A DNA stretch of 20,000 nucleotides from an uncultured virus (IMG/VR IMGVR_UViG_3300048020_000241) (IMGVR_UViG_3300048020_000241), one strand, 5' to 3'. Shown: positions 1 to 8,649, numbered from the stretch's first letter. Notes: generated by a model from the letters alone, not told the origin. Made by a program: numbers and translations.

Positions 1-2
1 AA

Positions 3-425
3 GACAAAAAAGAACTCGCAGTAGGAATCAAGAAGGTTCTTGCAAAGTATAACGTCAAAGGAACAATTGGAATTCACAATCATAGCACCATCGTTGTTAG
101 ATTAAAAAGTGGTGATTTGGATATCCTCGGAAATTATTGGGAAAATTATACCAATAAAGTTGAAACCGGAAGAATCGAACAATGGAATCTACGCACCGAA
201 AAACCCACGTCTATTTCAGTAAATAATCATTTCGTGGATAGCAGTTATTCCTCGGAAGTTGCAAACTTTCTAAATGAACTTATCGTGGAAATGAAAGGTG
301 AAAGGTATTTTAATGATACCGATATTATGACCGATTATTTTCATTGTTCTCATTATCTTGACATTGAAGTCGGTAATTGGGAAAAACCTTACATCTATAA
401 CCAAGAACTTGCTCAAGCAGCTTAA
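3..425 (+). CDS. Phage hypothetical protein, 5'-truncated by the window edge (LPD29-like family common in large phages)
   Basis: The frame is open from position 3 (DKKELAVGIKKVLAKYNVKGTIGIHNHSTIVVRLKSG...), so the TTG at 117 is internal. The C-terminal motif 'DIMTDYFHCSHYLDIEVGNWEKPY' is recalled from a widespread phage family. Confidence 0.65.
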   Translation, partial: DKKELAVGIKKVLAKYNVKGTIGIHNHSTIVVRLKSGDLDILGNYWENYTNKVETGRIEQWNLRTEKPTSISVNNHFVDSSYSSEVANFLNELIVEMKGERYFNDTDIMTDYFHCSHYLDIEVGNWEKPYIYNQELAQAA

Positions 426-427
426 TT

Positions 428-661
428 ATGAAACTAACAAACTACAACGGAACGAAGGCAAGTGAAAAGGCCTGCAATATTCAAGAAAGCATCGATTTGA
501 TTCAAAATGAAACGATACCAAGATTACAAGAAAATTACTTTGATTTATCAGATGAAGAAAATGCCGAACGCATTACTAACCTGAAGAACTATCTTAAAAG
601 ATTGCAATATGATCTCGGTGTTGAACTCGGCAACAATGATGCGTTTGAGAATGTTGAATGA
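428..661 (+). CDS. Hypothetical protein, 77 aa
   Basis: ATG lies 2 nt after the upstream stop; co-oriented dense packing. Confidence 0.7.
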   Translation: MKLTNYNGTKASEKACNIQESIDLIQNETIPRLQENYFDLSDEENAERITNLKNYLKRLQYDLGVELGNNDAFENVE

Positions 662-664
662 TAT

Positions 665-964
665 ATGACACTTTACGATTACAATGTAGATAAACATCAA
701 GTTTTTGATGGCAACCCCAATCATCTGATCGTAGATGCTTCCAAGATAGGTCTTCCACCAGGATTCTTTCCAAATTGGATAAGTACAAATGATATTGGTA
801 ACGGAAATCCGTTTTATTCAGATAAAATAATTCGTGAAATGGTCGGACAAACCGATAGTGAAATTGAAGATATTATGTACGGAGATGTTGAGTGTTATGT
901 GTACAAGCAAAATGGTGGTGGCACCGTATTACTTGTAGTAAATGATTCATATAATGCAAAATAA
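665..964 (+). CDS. Hypothetical protein, 99 aa
   Basis: ATG lies 3 nt after the upstream stop; its own TAA (962-964) falls inside promoter repeat P1. Confidence 0.7.
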   Translation: MTLYDYNVDKHQVFDGNPNHLIVDASKIGLPPGFFPNWISTNDIGNGNPFYSDKIIREMVGQTDSEIEDIMYGDVECYVYKQNGGGTVLLVVNDSYNAK

Positions 965-1009
965 TGCTTGACTTTTTATAATAATCGTGCTTTAGTAATA
1001 ATTGAGAGT
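958..1009 (+). promoter_or_regulatory. Repeated sigma70-type promoter element P1
   Basis: AAAATAATGC-TTGACT(968-973)-17 bp-TTTAGT(991-996) with TG extension, followed by a purine-rich leader TTGAGAGT. The first 28 bp are identical to P2 and P4. Confidence 0.75.
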
Positions 1010-1029
1010 AAAAAAGTAAAAAGAGAAAA

Positions 1030-1773
1030 ATGAAATTAAACGAACTTAAAAATAAATTAAAAATCATCTCAAATAAGGGATATATACCAACACTTAGAAA
1101 CGGAGATACCGGTGTTGGGCAAACACTTGAGCAAGAACTTGGTCTAACTGAAAATAATGACTCTGCACCTGACTTGGGAAGTTTGGGGGAATTGAAGGCA
1201 AGACGATCAAAACAAAATTCCTTAATATCTCTTGTTTCAATTAATAGGTGCATTGAGTGGGGAAGTCGTTGTGGATGCCTATATGATGCAATTACATATT
1301 TTGGAAAGGAACGAACAGACGGAGAATTTGTTTTAAATTTGTCGTTAAACTTTAAAGGTAAAACTGAAATTGTAAATGAAGAAAGAGGTTTTACTGCGAA
1401 AATTTGGGGAAATAAAATAAGATTCTATGGCACAGAACAATGGATGCCTTCTGGATACTTTTTTAGTATAAACTTGAATAAAGCATATGAATTGTACGAA
1501 AACAAGTTTGGAAGTGGGTTAATTTCAGTTAATGCGGATACAATGGGAACTGGAGTTCACGAAAAATTTCATTACAAAAGTGCATATAGATATTCTTTTT
1601 TGAATCTTCAAAGACTTGTAAATTTAGTAAAAAGTGGAATAATTAAGATTGATTTCAGATGTCGTACACAAAATGGTGGGTACGGAGTTCGTGATCGTGG
1701 TACGGTGCTTAGAATTCATCCAAAGGATGTCGGTTGCTTATACAATCACACAGAAAATCTATTATCTGCATAA
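1030..1773 (+). CDS. MvaI/BcnI-family restriction endonuclease-like protein (PD-(D/E)xK nuclease)
   Basis: N-terminal 'RNGDTGVGQTLEQELGLTENNDSAPDLG...ELKARR' and C-terminal 'IDFR...VRDRGTVLRI' match the MvaI/BcnI family pattern. Confidence 0.8.
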   Translation: MKLNELKNKLKIISNKGYIPTLRNGDTGVGQTLEQELGLTENNDSAPDLGSLGELKARRSKQNSLISLVSINRCIEWGSRCGCLYDAITYFGKERTDGEFVLNLSLNFKGKTEIVNEERGFTAKIWGNKIRFYGTEQWMPSGYFFSINLNKAYELYENKFGSGLISVNADTMGTGVHEKFHYKSAYRYSFLNLQRLVNLVKSGIIKIDFRCRTQNGGYGVRDRGTVLRIHPKDVGCLYNHTENLLSA

Positions 1774-1839
1774 AAATAATGCTTGACTTTTTATAATAAT
1801 TGTGATAGATTACTTGTATTGAGAGTGAGAAAAGAGAAA
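1773..1839 (+). promoter_or_regulatory. Repeated sigma70-type promoter element P2 with purine-rich leader
   Basis: TTGACT(1783-1788)-17 bp-TAGATT(1806-1811), extended -10 TGn. Identical to 19357-19423 at 63 of 67 positions. Confidence 0.85.
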
Positions 1840-1848
1840 GATACAAAA

Positions 1849-2232
1849 ATGACATTAGAATTAGTAGAAACACGCAAAGCATATGTAGTTCAATTTTGGG
1901 GAACGAGAACGCACGTTACGTCTCCTATTTTCAAAAGCAAGCAAGCAGCTGCCAACTATGTAGTTCGTGAAGGTTATAGGGTAGTTGAAGATTTGCAACT
2001 TCTTGAAATTGATTTGGACAAAATTGCCAATAATGAAAATGCGGTAGTTGAACAATATCACATTAGTACTGCAAAGGTGGGGTTTCGTATGAGTGAAGGT
2101 GATGATCCTCACGAATTTGTGTTTGATTCAATCAGTCAATCAGAACGTCAAAAGAATTCATTGTATTCTTTGAATGCTTTTAGTATTCCTTTTCCGATGA
2201 TTGCTAAGTTGACTAATATGGCAAATGTCTAA
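1849..2232 (+). CDS. Hypothetical protein, 127 aa (start revised to ATG 1849); paralog of the next gene
   Basis: The ORF-track TTG at 1783 is the -35 box of P2; the first ATG after the leader is at 1849. Aligns without gaps to ORF 2225. Confidence 0.75.
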   Translation: MTLELVETRKAYVVQFWGTRTHVTSPIFKSKQAAANYVVREGYRVVEDLQLLEIDLDKIANNENAVVEQYHISTAKVGFRMSEGDDPHEFVFDSISQSERQKNSLYSLNAFSIPFPMIAKLTNMANV

Positions 2233-2563
2233 TAAACTTTACAAAGCAACTTTTAAGGGGGTTCGCAAAACTGCGAAATCTCCTTTATACAGCAACAAAA
2301 ATGCTTGTTTACGGTGGGTCGCAAATAATTCACATCGTGTGCTTGGAGAGTTGTTGGTATACGAACTTGATTCAGAAAAAGCAAAACAATCCGATGATCG
2401 TGTAGCAAGTGCATACGAGTACCCTGAATTAAGACTTGATGATGAACAAACAATTTCGGTGGAAAATTTATTGAATGCAGAAAAATTTGCATTTGATTTA
2501 GGAAGAACCACATTATTCGGAATATTAAATTTAACGGAAGAACTTAAACTTGGTATTGCATAA
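2225..2563 (+). CDS. Hypothetical protein, 112 aa; paralog of the previous gene
   Basis: 8-bp overlap with the upstream gene; 18 of 61 residues identical to ORF 1849 without gaps. Confidence 0.75.
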   Translation: MSNKLYKATFKGVRKTAKSPLYSNKNACLRWVANNSHRVLGELLVYELDSEKAKQSDDRVASAYEYPELRLDDEQTISVENLLNAEKFAFDLGRTTLFGILNLTEELKLGIA

Positions 2564-2590
2564 TTAATCCAAATTTGTAATAATAATAAT

Positions 2591-2809
2591 ATGACAAAAG
2601 TAACAATGATTGATCCCGATGGAGGGTGGAAATATGGATTTCCAAAGATGCTACCAAACGAACTTGAAGGTAAGGATGTTACCGAGTGGTTAATTGAAAA
2701 AGGTTATCCACGTGAGGTGATTGACAAATGGAAACAATCTGACTTGGGATATCTACCTTGCAGATACTGGGAAACGGAGATAATAAATGTCACACAAGAA
2801 AACAAGTAA
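2591..2809 (+). CDS. Conserved phage hypothetical protein, 72 aa
   Basis: 'MIDPDGGWKYGFPK...WLIEKGYP' motif recalled from large aquatic phages. Confidence 0.75.
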   Translation: MTKVTMIDPDGGWKYGFPKMLPNELEGKDVTEWLIEKGYPREVIDKWKQSDLGYLPCRYWETEIINVTQENK

Positions 2810-2978
2810 TTTTCACCAGATACTTCGTAATTTGACAATCGAGTTGCGAAAAGGTGACCAAATTACGATTTGGCACGATGGATACCAAGTTTGTTTTAAA
2901 AATGTAGGAACAAGTAATTTCAAAATAGTAAAAAATCAAGATAATAATAAAAATGCAAGCACTAACTACTCTATATAA
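2787..2978 (+). CDS. Hypothetical protein, 63 aa
   Basis: Fills the gap between neighbours with short overlaps at both ends. Confidence 0.5.
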   Translation: MSHKKTSNFHQILRNLTIELRKGDQITIWHDGYQVCFKNVGTSNFKIVKNQDNNKNASTNYSI

Positions 2979-4122
2979 ATTAGATACAACTGGTAAAATC
3001 CGTCAATGGACGGTCAAGGTAAAGGACAATTCGTTTTGGACTGAGCAAGGTCAAGTGGATGGTAAGATTGTAATTAACAAACCTACAATTACCACTCCCA
3101 AGAACGAAGGACGTGCTAATGCTACAACTGCTGAAGAGCAAGCAATACTTGAAGCAAAAGCAAAATATACCAAGTATCTTGATAAAGGATATGTAGAAAA
3201 CATTGAAGATGTTGATAAAATCACTTTGTATAATCCTATGCTTGCTCAGAAGTTTGAAGACCGTGTAGATGGTCTTACGTTTCCTTTATACACTCAACCC
3301 AAGTTGGATGGAGTTCGTTGTATTGTGTATATGCAAGACGGAGAATTGGTTGCTAAGTCTCGTCAAGGAAAACCTATTGATACCGTTGTTCATATTCTTG
3401 AAGAATTGAAACCTTTTTTTGAGCAAAGTCCAAATGCAGTTCTTGATGGAGAACTTTACAATCACGATTACAAAAACGACTTTAACAAAATCATTTCACT
3501 TGTCCGCAAAATGAAACCGGTTCGTAGTGAAAAAGATACCGACAAAACATTCGCAAAGAAACAGGAAAAGTTTGCGATTGCTCTTGAAGAAGCAAAATCT
3601 AAAATTCAGTATTGGATTTATGATGTTCCACGTGATGGTAATCTAACAGAAGCAGATGATTTTCATCCTCGTTTTTTTGGTGTGGAAATTCCAGAAACGA
3701 ATTCGTGTGTAATTGTTAAAACCGGCATCGTTAATGATATGAAACAACTTGATGAATATTATGACACTTACATGGAGTTTGGATACGAAGGACAAATCGT
3801 TCGTATAAATGGTCCTTACGAAAACAAACGAAGCAAACTTCTTCTTAAACGAAAAGACTTTACAGATGCTGAATATCTTGTTATTGGCATCAACGAAGGA
3901 GATGGTAATCGCACCGGTACTGCAAAAAACCTTGTATGCAAAGATGAAGCAACTGGTAAAATCTTTAATAGCAACATCAAGGGAACGCACGAATATCTTG
4001 CGGAAATTCTTGTGAATAAAGAAAATTATATCGGAAAGCAAGCAACCATCAAGTTCTTTGAGTTAACACCTGATGGTATTCCACGTTTTCCTTATGCTAT
4101 CGCATTTCGTGATTACGAATAA
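2953..4122 (+). CDS. lig: ATP-dependent DNA ligase (phage type, with N-terminal WGR-like extension)
   Basis: Motif I 'PKLDGVR', motif III 'LDGELY', IIIa 'YWIYDV', IV 'EGQIVR', V 'LLKRK', and an OB-fold C-terminus ending 'GIPRFP'. Confidence 0.95.
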   Translation: MQALTTLYKLDTTGKIRQWTVKVKDNSFWTEQGQVDGKIVINKPTITTPKNEGRANATTAEEQAILEAKAKYTKYLDKGYVENIEDVDKITLYNPMLAQKFEDRVDGLTFPLYTQPKLDGVRCIVYMQDGELVAKSRQGKPIDTVVHILEELKPFFEQSPNAVLDGELYNHDYKNDFNKIISLVRKMKPVRSEKDTDKTFAKKQEKFAIALEEAKSKIQYWIYDVPRDGNLTEADDFHPRFFGVEIPETNSCVIVKTGIVNDMKQLDEYYDTYMEFGYEGQIVRINGPYENKRSKLLLKRKDFTDAEYLVIGINEGDGNRTGTAKNLVCKDEATGKIFNSNIKGTHEYLAEILVNKENYIGKQATIKFFELTPDGIPRFPYAIAFRDYE

Positions 4123-4125
4123 TCC

Positions 4126-4154
4126 TTGACAATACAATACTAAAATTATATTAT
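4126..4154 (+). promoter_or_regulatory. Sigma70 promoter, probably leaderless
   Basis: TTGACA(4126-4131)-17 bp-TATTAT(4149-4154); ATG at 4162. Confidence 0.7.
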
Positions 4155-4161
4155 ATAAATT

Positions 4162-4398
4162 ATGATTATACAAAGTGAAACAATAATGTCGGTTGTAAGT
4201 TCTCTTGAGAAAATCGCAGATCAATCTGATGATGTCGCAAGTAGATTTCTTGCAAATGCTCTTAAAACTGCATCTGAGGAGAATCGTACTGAACTTCTAT
4301 ATTCAGAGAAAAACGAGTATGAGGTGTTATCAGAACGTGCTGACGCATTAAAAGGAGCAGTTACAGAAATCAAATCACAATTACAAGATAATGAGTGA
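4162..4398 (+). CDS. Hypothetical protein, 78 aa (helical/coiled coil)
   Basis: ATG directly downstream of a promoter. Confidence 0.7.
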   Translation: MIIQSETIMSVVSSLEKIADQSDDVASRFLANALKTASEENRTELLYSEKNEYEVLSERADALKGAVTEIKSQLQDNE

Positions 4399-4624
4399 AG
4401 AATTTCAAAAGTGTCCTGTTGTTCAAGAAACAATTTTGCGAGTAGCAGCCGATCCGTATTCAGAGAATGTTACTCATGGTGGGTTGCATCCAAGTTCTTT
4501 GGCAAAAATTGTAGAAAATGTTTTTTGGTCTGGTGACAAAAACTTTAATAGTGTTACTCTTGAAATAAAAAAAGAGTTGGATGATCATCATATATCAGTA
4601 AAAGTAGTAGAACGAGGTCACTAA
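4391..4624 (+). CDS. Hypothetical protein, 77 aa
   Basis: 8-bp overlap with the upstream gene. Confidence 0.65.
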   Translation: MSEEFQKCPVVQETILRVAADPYSENVTHGGLHPSSLAKIVENVFWSGDKNFNSVTLEIKKELDDHHISVKVVERGH

Positions 4625-4625
4625 T

Positions 4626-4654
4626 TTGACAATAACGATAGGTTGTGGTATAAT
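4626..4654 (+). promoter_or_regulatory. Perfect-consensus sigma70 promoter, leaderless
   Basis: TTGACA(4626-4631)-17 bp-TATAAT(4649-4654) with extended TGn; ATG at 4660. Confidence 0.85.
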
Positions 4655-4659
4655 ACAGT

Positions 4660-4935
4660 ATGAGCAATAAAAAAAGATATAGTGAAACTCCTATTCACGA
4701 ATATCGTATTAAATATTTGACGAAAGGAGCAACTGTACCTAATTATCACTATTATATGTGTGAAGATGCAGAACAGGCACTTGCATTTCAATTAGAAATG
4801 GCAAAACACAAAAAGTGGGAATTTGAAATTCTTAAAATAGAAAAATTTTTTAAATACGCAGATAAATGGGTAGATGAAAGTGATGTAATCACAGATGACA
4901 ATAAATACATAACAAAGGATATGCATAATGAGTAA
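4660..4935 (+). CDS. Hypothetical protein, 91 aa
   Basis: ATG 5 nt after the -10 box. Confidence 0.75.
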   Translation: MSNKKRYSETPIHEYRIKYLTKGATVPNYHYYMCEDAEQALAFQLEMAKHKKWEFEILKIEKFFKYADKWVDESDVITDDNKYITKDMHNE

Positions 4936-5227
4936 CTTATACGAAATTCCAATTCAAAAAGATGAAGAAACAGACGAATGTTTTTTTGAATTACCTGATG
5001 CTTTGCTAAATAATCTTGGGTGGAAACCTGGTGACGATTTAAAGTGGGAAGAAACAAATGAAGGAGTTCGTCTTAGAAAAGTAAAATATCAAACGGTTGA
5101 ACTTGAACTTGACGAAGAAGATTATGTAAAGTATTTAAAGTATGCTCACGAAAACAATATGAGTTTCAATGAGTTGGCAGAAAACGCAGTAAAAGAAGCA
5201 ATGGAGAAAAAAAATGGAACAACTTGA
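4928..5227 (+). CDS. AbrB/MazE/SpoVT-like small DNA-binding protein
   Basis: 'FELPDALLNNLGWKPGDDLKWE' fits the swapped-hairpin AbrB pattern; the C-terminal part is ribbon-helix-helix-like. Confidence 0.6.
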   Translation: MSNLYEIPIQKDEETDECFFELPDALLNNLGWKPGDDLKWEETNEGVRLRKVKYQTVELELDEEDYVKYLKYAHENNMSFNELAENAVKEAMEKKNGTT

Positions 5228-5435
5228 AGCAGATATGTCAGATACTTACAATATCTTCAATGAACTTGAAACAATATTGTACAAGGTAGGAGATGCTCCA
5301 ACACAACCTACCGAAGATCAACTAATGAATATGCTCATCGGAGTAATTGATTTGCACAAAGTTCGTTACGAAAAAATGTGGGCATCTTGGAACGAATTTC
5401 AAAAACAAAATACCAAAGTTGATATTACGATATGA
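5214..5435 (+). CDS. Conserved phage hypothetical protein, 73 aa
   Basis: Overlaps neighbours; 'EDQLMNMLIGVIDLHKVRYEKMW' is recalled from phage families. Confidence 0.7.
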   Translation: MEQLEADMSDTYNIFNELETILYKVGDAPTQPTEDQLMNMLIGVIDLHKVRYEKMWASWNEFQKQNTKVDITI

Positions 5436-5635
5436 GTAAAAAACCTTCGTATGAAGAATTCACAAAAGATTGGTCTATCAGCCAGAAAATTAAATTTTAT
5501 TACGAGGTTGATATAGATAATTTTGATGGAGATATAAATGAAGTCATACGACATATATCTCATGAGGTTACTCGCATTCAACAATTTGAATCAGAATTTA
5601 AACAATACCTAATAGAAAAAGAATACATACAATGA
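5432..5635 (+). CDS. Hypothetical protein, 67 aa
   Basis: ATGA overlaps at both ends. Confidence 0.7.
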   Translation: MSKKPSYEEFTKDWSISQKIKFYYEVDIDNFDGDINEVIRHISHEVTRIQQFESEFKQYLIEKEYIQ

Positions 5636-5793
5636 GCGAAATAACAACTGGAGAAGAAGTAACAATTAAACTAAGTCACTATACCGATGAATTTGGTGGA
5701 ACGCAATATGATTGGGATGCAATCATTGAAGAAGCAGAGCAACAAATAAAAGAAACCACAGGTCGTGATGTCGGTGTGTGGATGAGTGAGTAA
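5632..5793 (+). CDS. Hypothetical protein, 53 aa (not in ORF track)
   Basis: MSEITTGEEVTIKLSHYTDEFGGTQYDWDAIIEEAEQQIKETTGRDVGVWMSE*. ATGA overlap upstream, TAATG overlap downstream. Confidence 0.7.
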   Translation: MSEITTGEEVTIKLSHYTDEFGGTQYDWDAIIEEAEQQIKETTGRDVGVWMSE

Positions 5794-6050
5794 TGAGTGA
5801 ACAAATAACAGAAAGTGTATATTTTGATCGTGGGTACAATAAAGGATTTGTATCTGGTTTAAAAAGAGCATTTGAGTTGGTTGACCAACTTGGTGATTTT
5901 TATGAAAATGGAGTGGGTATATCAGAAAATGCAACAGATGAAGAAAAACTATTTCACGAAAATTCAAGAAAGAGTCAAGTGAATGCGTGTCGTTATGCCC
6001 AACACCTCATTCGCAAAAATTCATTTGGAGAAGAAGATTTACCTTGGTGA
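5793..6050 (+). CDS. Hypothetical protein, 85 aa
   Basis: TAATG coupling to the upstream gene. Confidence 0.7.
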   Translation: MSEQITESVYFDRGYNKGFVSGLKRAFELVDQLGDFYENGVGISENATDEEKLFHENSRKSQVNACRYAQHLIRKNSFGEEDLPW

Positions 6051-6052
6051 TT

Positions 6053-6283
6053 ATGAATACAATTAAAGAAAAATATAAAACTACATTAAATCATCGTCTT
6101 GAGTGTATTCAAGAAGATTTGGCAGTATTAGTGGATTTCATTGAAAAGCAAAATCTAACAGAAGCATTCAAAAAAAGCACAGAGTTTGCTGAAGAAGCAT
6201 GGCATCATATCAGTAACATTGAAATTGCGTGTGATTTGAAAGATGATGCTCCTAACGAATGGAGTTGTGCTTCTTGTAAATGA
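6053..6283 (+). CDS. Hypothetical protein, 76 aa (start revised to ATG 6053)
   Basis: ATG 2 nt after the upstream TGA avoids a 64-bp overlap; C-terminal CxxC (CASCK). Confidence 0.65.
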   Translation: MNTIKEKYKTTLNHRLECIQEDLAVLVDFIEKQNLTEAFKKSTEFAEEAWHHISNIEIACDLKDDAPNEWSCASCK

Positions 6284-6438
6284 ATAAATTAGTTTCAATA
6301 TTTGCGTGTATTTTAATTTACGGATTGGGATTTTTACACGGCAATAGTTCAGATAGTAAACTAGTTGGTTATATCGTGTGTGGTATCATTGGTTATTTTG
6401 TTGGTACTGCAATTTATCAATATTTTAAAAGAAGTTAA
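6280..6438 (+). CDS. Small two-TM membrane protein, 52 aa (not in ORF track)
   Basis: MNKLVSIFACILIYGLGFLHGNSSDSKLVGYIVCGIIGYFVGTAIYQYFKRS*. ATGA overlap; ends 2 nt before the next ATG. Confidence 0.65.
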   Translation: MNKLVSIFACILIYGLGFLHGNSSDSKLVGYIVCGIIGYFVGTAIYQYFKRS

Positions 6439-6440
6439 TT

Positions 6441-6701
6441 ATGAAAATTAAACTTGGAGTGCGTGGAAATTCCGATGCCGTAAAAGGGATTATCATAAAA
6501 ATGGATGATCTTATGCTTGTTACTGCTGATAATATATTTTTTATTGGTGAGGAAAGTCGTAATAAGATGGGAAAGAACATTGTTGCTTTGCTTGATTCTT
6601 TGAGCAAAGAGCATGAAATAGAAATCGGAGAAAAGGTAGTACCTATGATAGAATCCGAATTAAACTTAAAAGAAGGAACATTTAACAAATATCGTAAATG
6701 A
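6441..6701 (+). CDS. Hypothetical protein, 86 aa
   Basis: ATG in TTATG context; dense packing. Confidence 0.65.
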   Translation: MKIKLGVRGNSDAVKGIIIKMDDLMLVTADNIFFIGEESRNKMGKNIVALLDSLSKEHEIEIGEKVVPMIESELNLKEGTFNKYRK

Positions 6702-6713
6702 TAATAACTTCTT

Positions 6714-7241
6714 ATGAAGAATAAAAAAGAAATAGGATTTTTATATGGCAATCTACTTGATTTTCCATATGGAATAAATACGATAGCACATTGTTGCAAT
6801 ACTATGAATGTGATGGGTGCAGGTATTGCAAAATCAATTGCAGAAAGATACCCACAAGCAAAAGAAGCAGATGATGAATGTGCAAAAATTGGACAAAATG
6901 AATTAGGAGAAAGAAGTTTTGCGGAAGTTGAAATAGAAGATGCAAATACATTTCCACATCAGGAGTTCGGAAAAAATACACGCAAATGTAAAATCTATAA
7001 TTTGTACACTCAGGATGGTATAGGTTTTGGTCGTGAAGTAAATTATGAAGCATTGTATCGTAATCTGCATTTAATGCGAAATGCATTAAACAATGATCCT
7101 AATTGTGTTCTTGGTTTACCGTATCAAATGAGTAGTGGACTTGCAGGAGGAAGTTGGGAAATTGTAAATGCCATGATCAACACAATATTTGCATCTGATG
7201 CAACTTATTTTAAAACTTATATAGTAAAATACGAACCATAA
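6714..7241 (+). CDS. Macrodomain (ADP-ribose binding/hydrolase) protein, T4 Tk.4/DarG-TARG1-like
   Basis: 'GNLL', 'IAHCCNTMNVMGAGIAKSIAERYP', 'YNLYTQ' and 'SSGLAGGSWE' macrodomain motifs. Confidence 0.85.
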   Translation: MKNKKEIGFLYGNLLDFPYGINTIAHCCNTMNVMGAGIAKSIAERYPQAKEADDECAKIGQNELGERSFAEVEIEDANTFPHQEFGKNTRKCKIYNLYTQDGIGFGREVNYEALYRNLHLMRNALNNDPNCVLGLPYQMSSGLAGGSWEIVNAMINTIFASDATYFKTYIVKYEP

Positions 7242-7267
7242 GTTGATTTGCTAAATATATATATTTT

Positions 7268-7864
7268 ATGAAATTAAGTACACTTAAATCTATTGTTAAA
7301 GAGGAAGTTAAAAATCTTCTTACAAGCAAACCAAAAATGTCAAAGCATCTTGAGTATCACATGGAAAATCACTCAACATTAGTTGAAGGGGTATTTCGTT
7401 ATGGTTCTGACTCTTATATTGATTTGTTTGAAGAAGCAAGAACTCTTCACGGAAAAAATAAAATTCAGTTAAGTGAGGTAGATCAGCATTTGATTGAGAA
7501 TACAGATATTGGTAAATGGGGTGAATATAATGAAATGCGTGTTCCATTGGATTGTCCGTTTCAAATTCATGAATCAGAATATCAAGGAAAAGATGTTGAA
7601 CTCAACAAACCAAAACGTGGTGGAAAAAAGAAGTTTTATGTTTATGTAAAAGACCCAAGTAGTGGAAACATCAAGAAAGTATCATTTGGTGATACCACGG
7701 GATTAAGTGTAAAGTTCAAAGATCCTGAAAAACGCAAAGCATTTGCTGATCGTCATAATTGTTCTACCAAGAAAGATAGAACCAAAGCAGGATATTGGTC
7801 TTGTAATCTTCCTCGTTATGCAAAGCAACTTGGAATGGGTGATAACCAAAATACCTATTGGTAA
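7268..7864 (+). CDS. Putative virion-internal protein with MKxSxLKxxVKEE N-terminal tag and a basic C-terminal domain conserved in T4-like phages
   Basis: N-terminus MKLSTLKSIVKEEVK; after 'IHE' comes the module 'SEYQGKDVELNKPKRGG...KKVSFGD...RKAFADRHNC...AGYWSC'. Confidence 0.7.
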   Translation: MKLSTLKSIVKEEVKNLLTSKPKMSKHLEYHMENHSTLVEGVFRYGSDSYIDLFEEARTLHGKNKIQLSEVDQHLIENTDIGKWGEYNEMRVPLDCPFQIHESEYQGKDVELNKPKRGGKKKFYVYVKDPSSGNIKKVSFGDTTGLSVKFKDPEKRKAFADRHNCSTKKDRTKAGYWSCNLPRYAKQLGMGDNQNTYW

Positions 7865-8389
7865 ATGAAACTTGGTAGTTTAGTTTCCGAAATACAATTA
7901 GAAAGCAAACTCGGTGATGAGTTTGCAGATATCGGTGACGAACTTGCACAAGAATTAAAAGACGAACTTGAAAACCAAGATGAATTAAACGAGGTGGTAA
8001 TGAGCATCGTTGCTTATGTAATGTTAAGCAACGGAATAATGGGACTTACAAGTAAACTCGTTAAAAGAATTAGCAAGAAATATAATTTTGGTAAGGGTCA
8101 AGTAGCCGCAGAGAAAATAGAAGCATTTGCAAAAGCAAACGATGATCGTTTTATGTATCCAATTCGTAAAGCAGTTTCATTGTTTACCAAAGATGAAAAG
8201 AAAATAAAAAAGGTCACTCATATTCTATTTGCGATTGCTGTGCTAAGTATGGCATTAAACGCAGGTATGGAAGTATTTGATTTAATTAAAAATTCTGACT
8301 TTATGCAAAGTTCAGTTAACTCGTTGAGAACGGCTGTGGGTGGTACAAAAGTACACGCACTCGTTAGAACAATAGCAAAATTATTGTGA
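7865..8389 (+). CDS. Hypothetical protein with acidic N-terminus and hydrophobic segments, 174 aa
   Basis: Abuts the upstream stop; acidic leader ending 'ELNE', then hydrophobic 'VVMSIVAYVML' and 'HILFAIAVLSMAL'. Confidence 0.75.
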   Translation: MKLGSLVSEIQLESKLGDEFADIGDELAQELKDELENQDELNEVVMSIVAYVMLSNGIMGLTSKLVKRISKKYNFGKGQVAAEKIEAFAKANDDRFMYPIRKAVSLFTKDEKKIKKVTHILFAIAVLSMALNAGMEVFDLIKNSDFMQSSVNSLRTAVGGTKVHALVRTIAKLL

Positions 8390-8649
8390 ACCCATACACT
8401 GAGCAAAAAATTTGGCACAACACTTATCTTCGCACTTTTTCTGCGGATACACCTGAAACCGATTTAATATGGCATCTTGATCGTGAGGACCGTGTTATAG
8501 AAGCAACTCATTATACTGATTGGAAGTTTCAGTTTGATGATGAATTGCCGGTGTCTTTGAACAATTTAATTACTATCCCAAAAAATACATTCCATAGAAT
8601 CATCAAAGGAACTGATGATTGTACAATTAGAATTACGAAGTATGAATAA
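8386..8649 (+). CDS. Small cupin-like phage protein, 87 aa
   Basis: 'WHLDREDRVIE...WKFQFDDELP...IPKNTFHRIIKG' cupin-type His motifs; GTGA overlap. Confidence 0.7.
   Translation: MNPYTEQKIWHNTYLRTFSADTPETDLIWHLDREDRVIEATHYTDWKFQFDDELPVSLNNLITIPKNTFHRIIKGTDDCTIRITKYE

Noticed and set aside
1783..1848. Shared N-terminus 'MTFYNxCxxxLVLRVRKEK' in ORF-track proteins 1783 and 19367
   Set aside because: Artefact: both TTG 'starts' are the -35 box of the repeated promoter. The real starts are ATG 1849 and ATG 19442.
2953..4122. Intein or intron in the DNA ligase
   Set aside because: Motif spacing and length (389 aa) are normal. The only insert is a short charged helix, with no splicing motifs.
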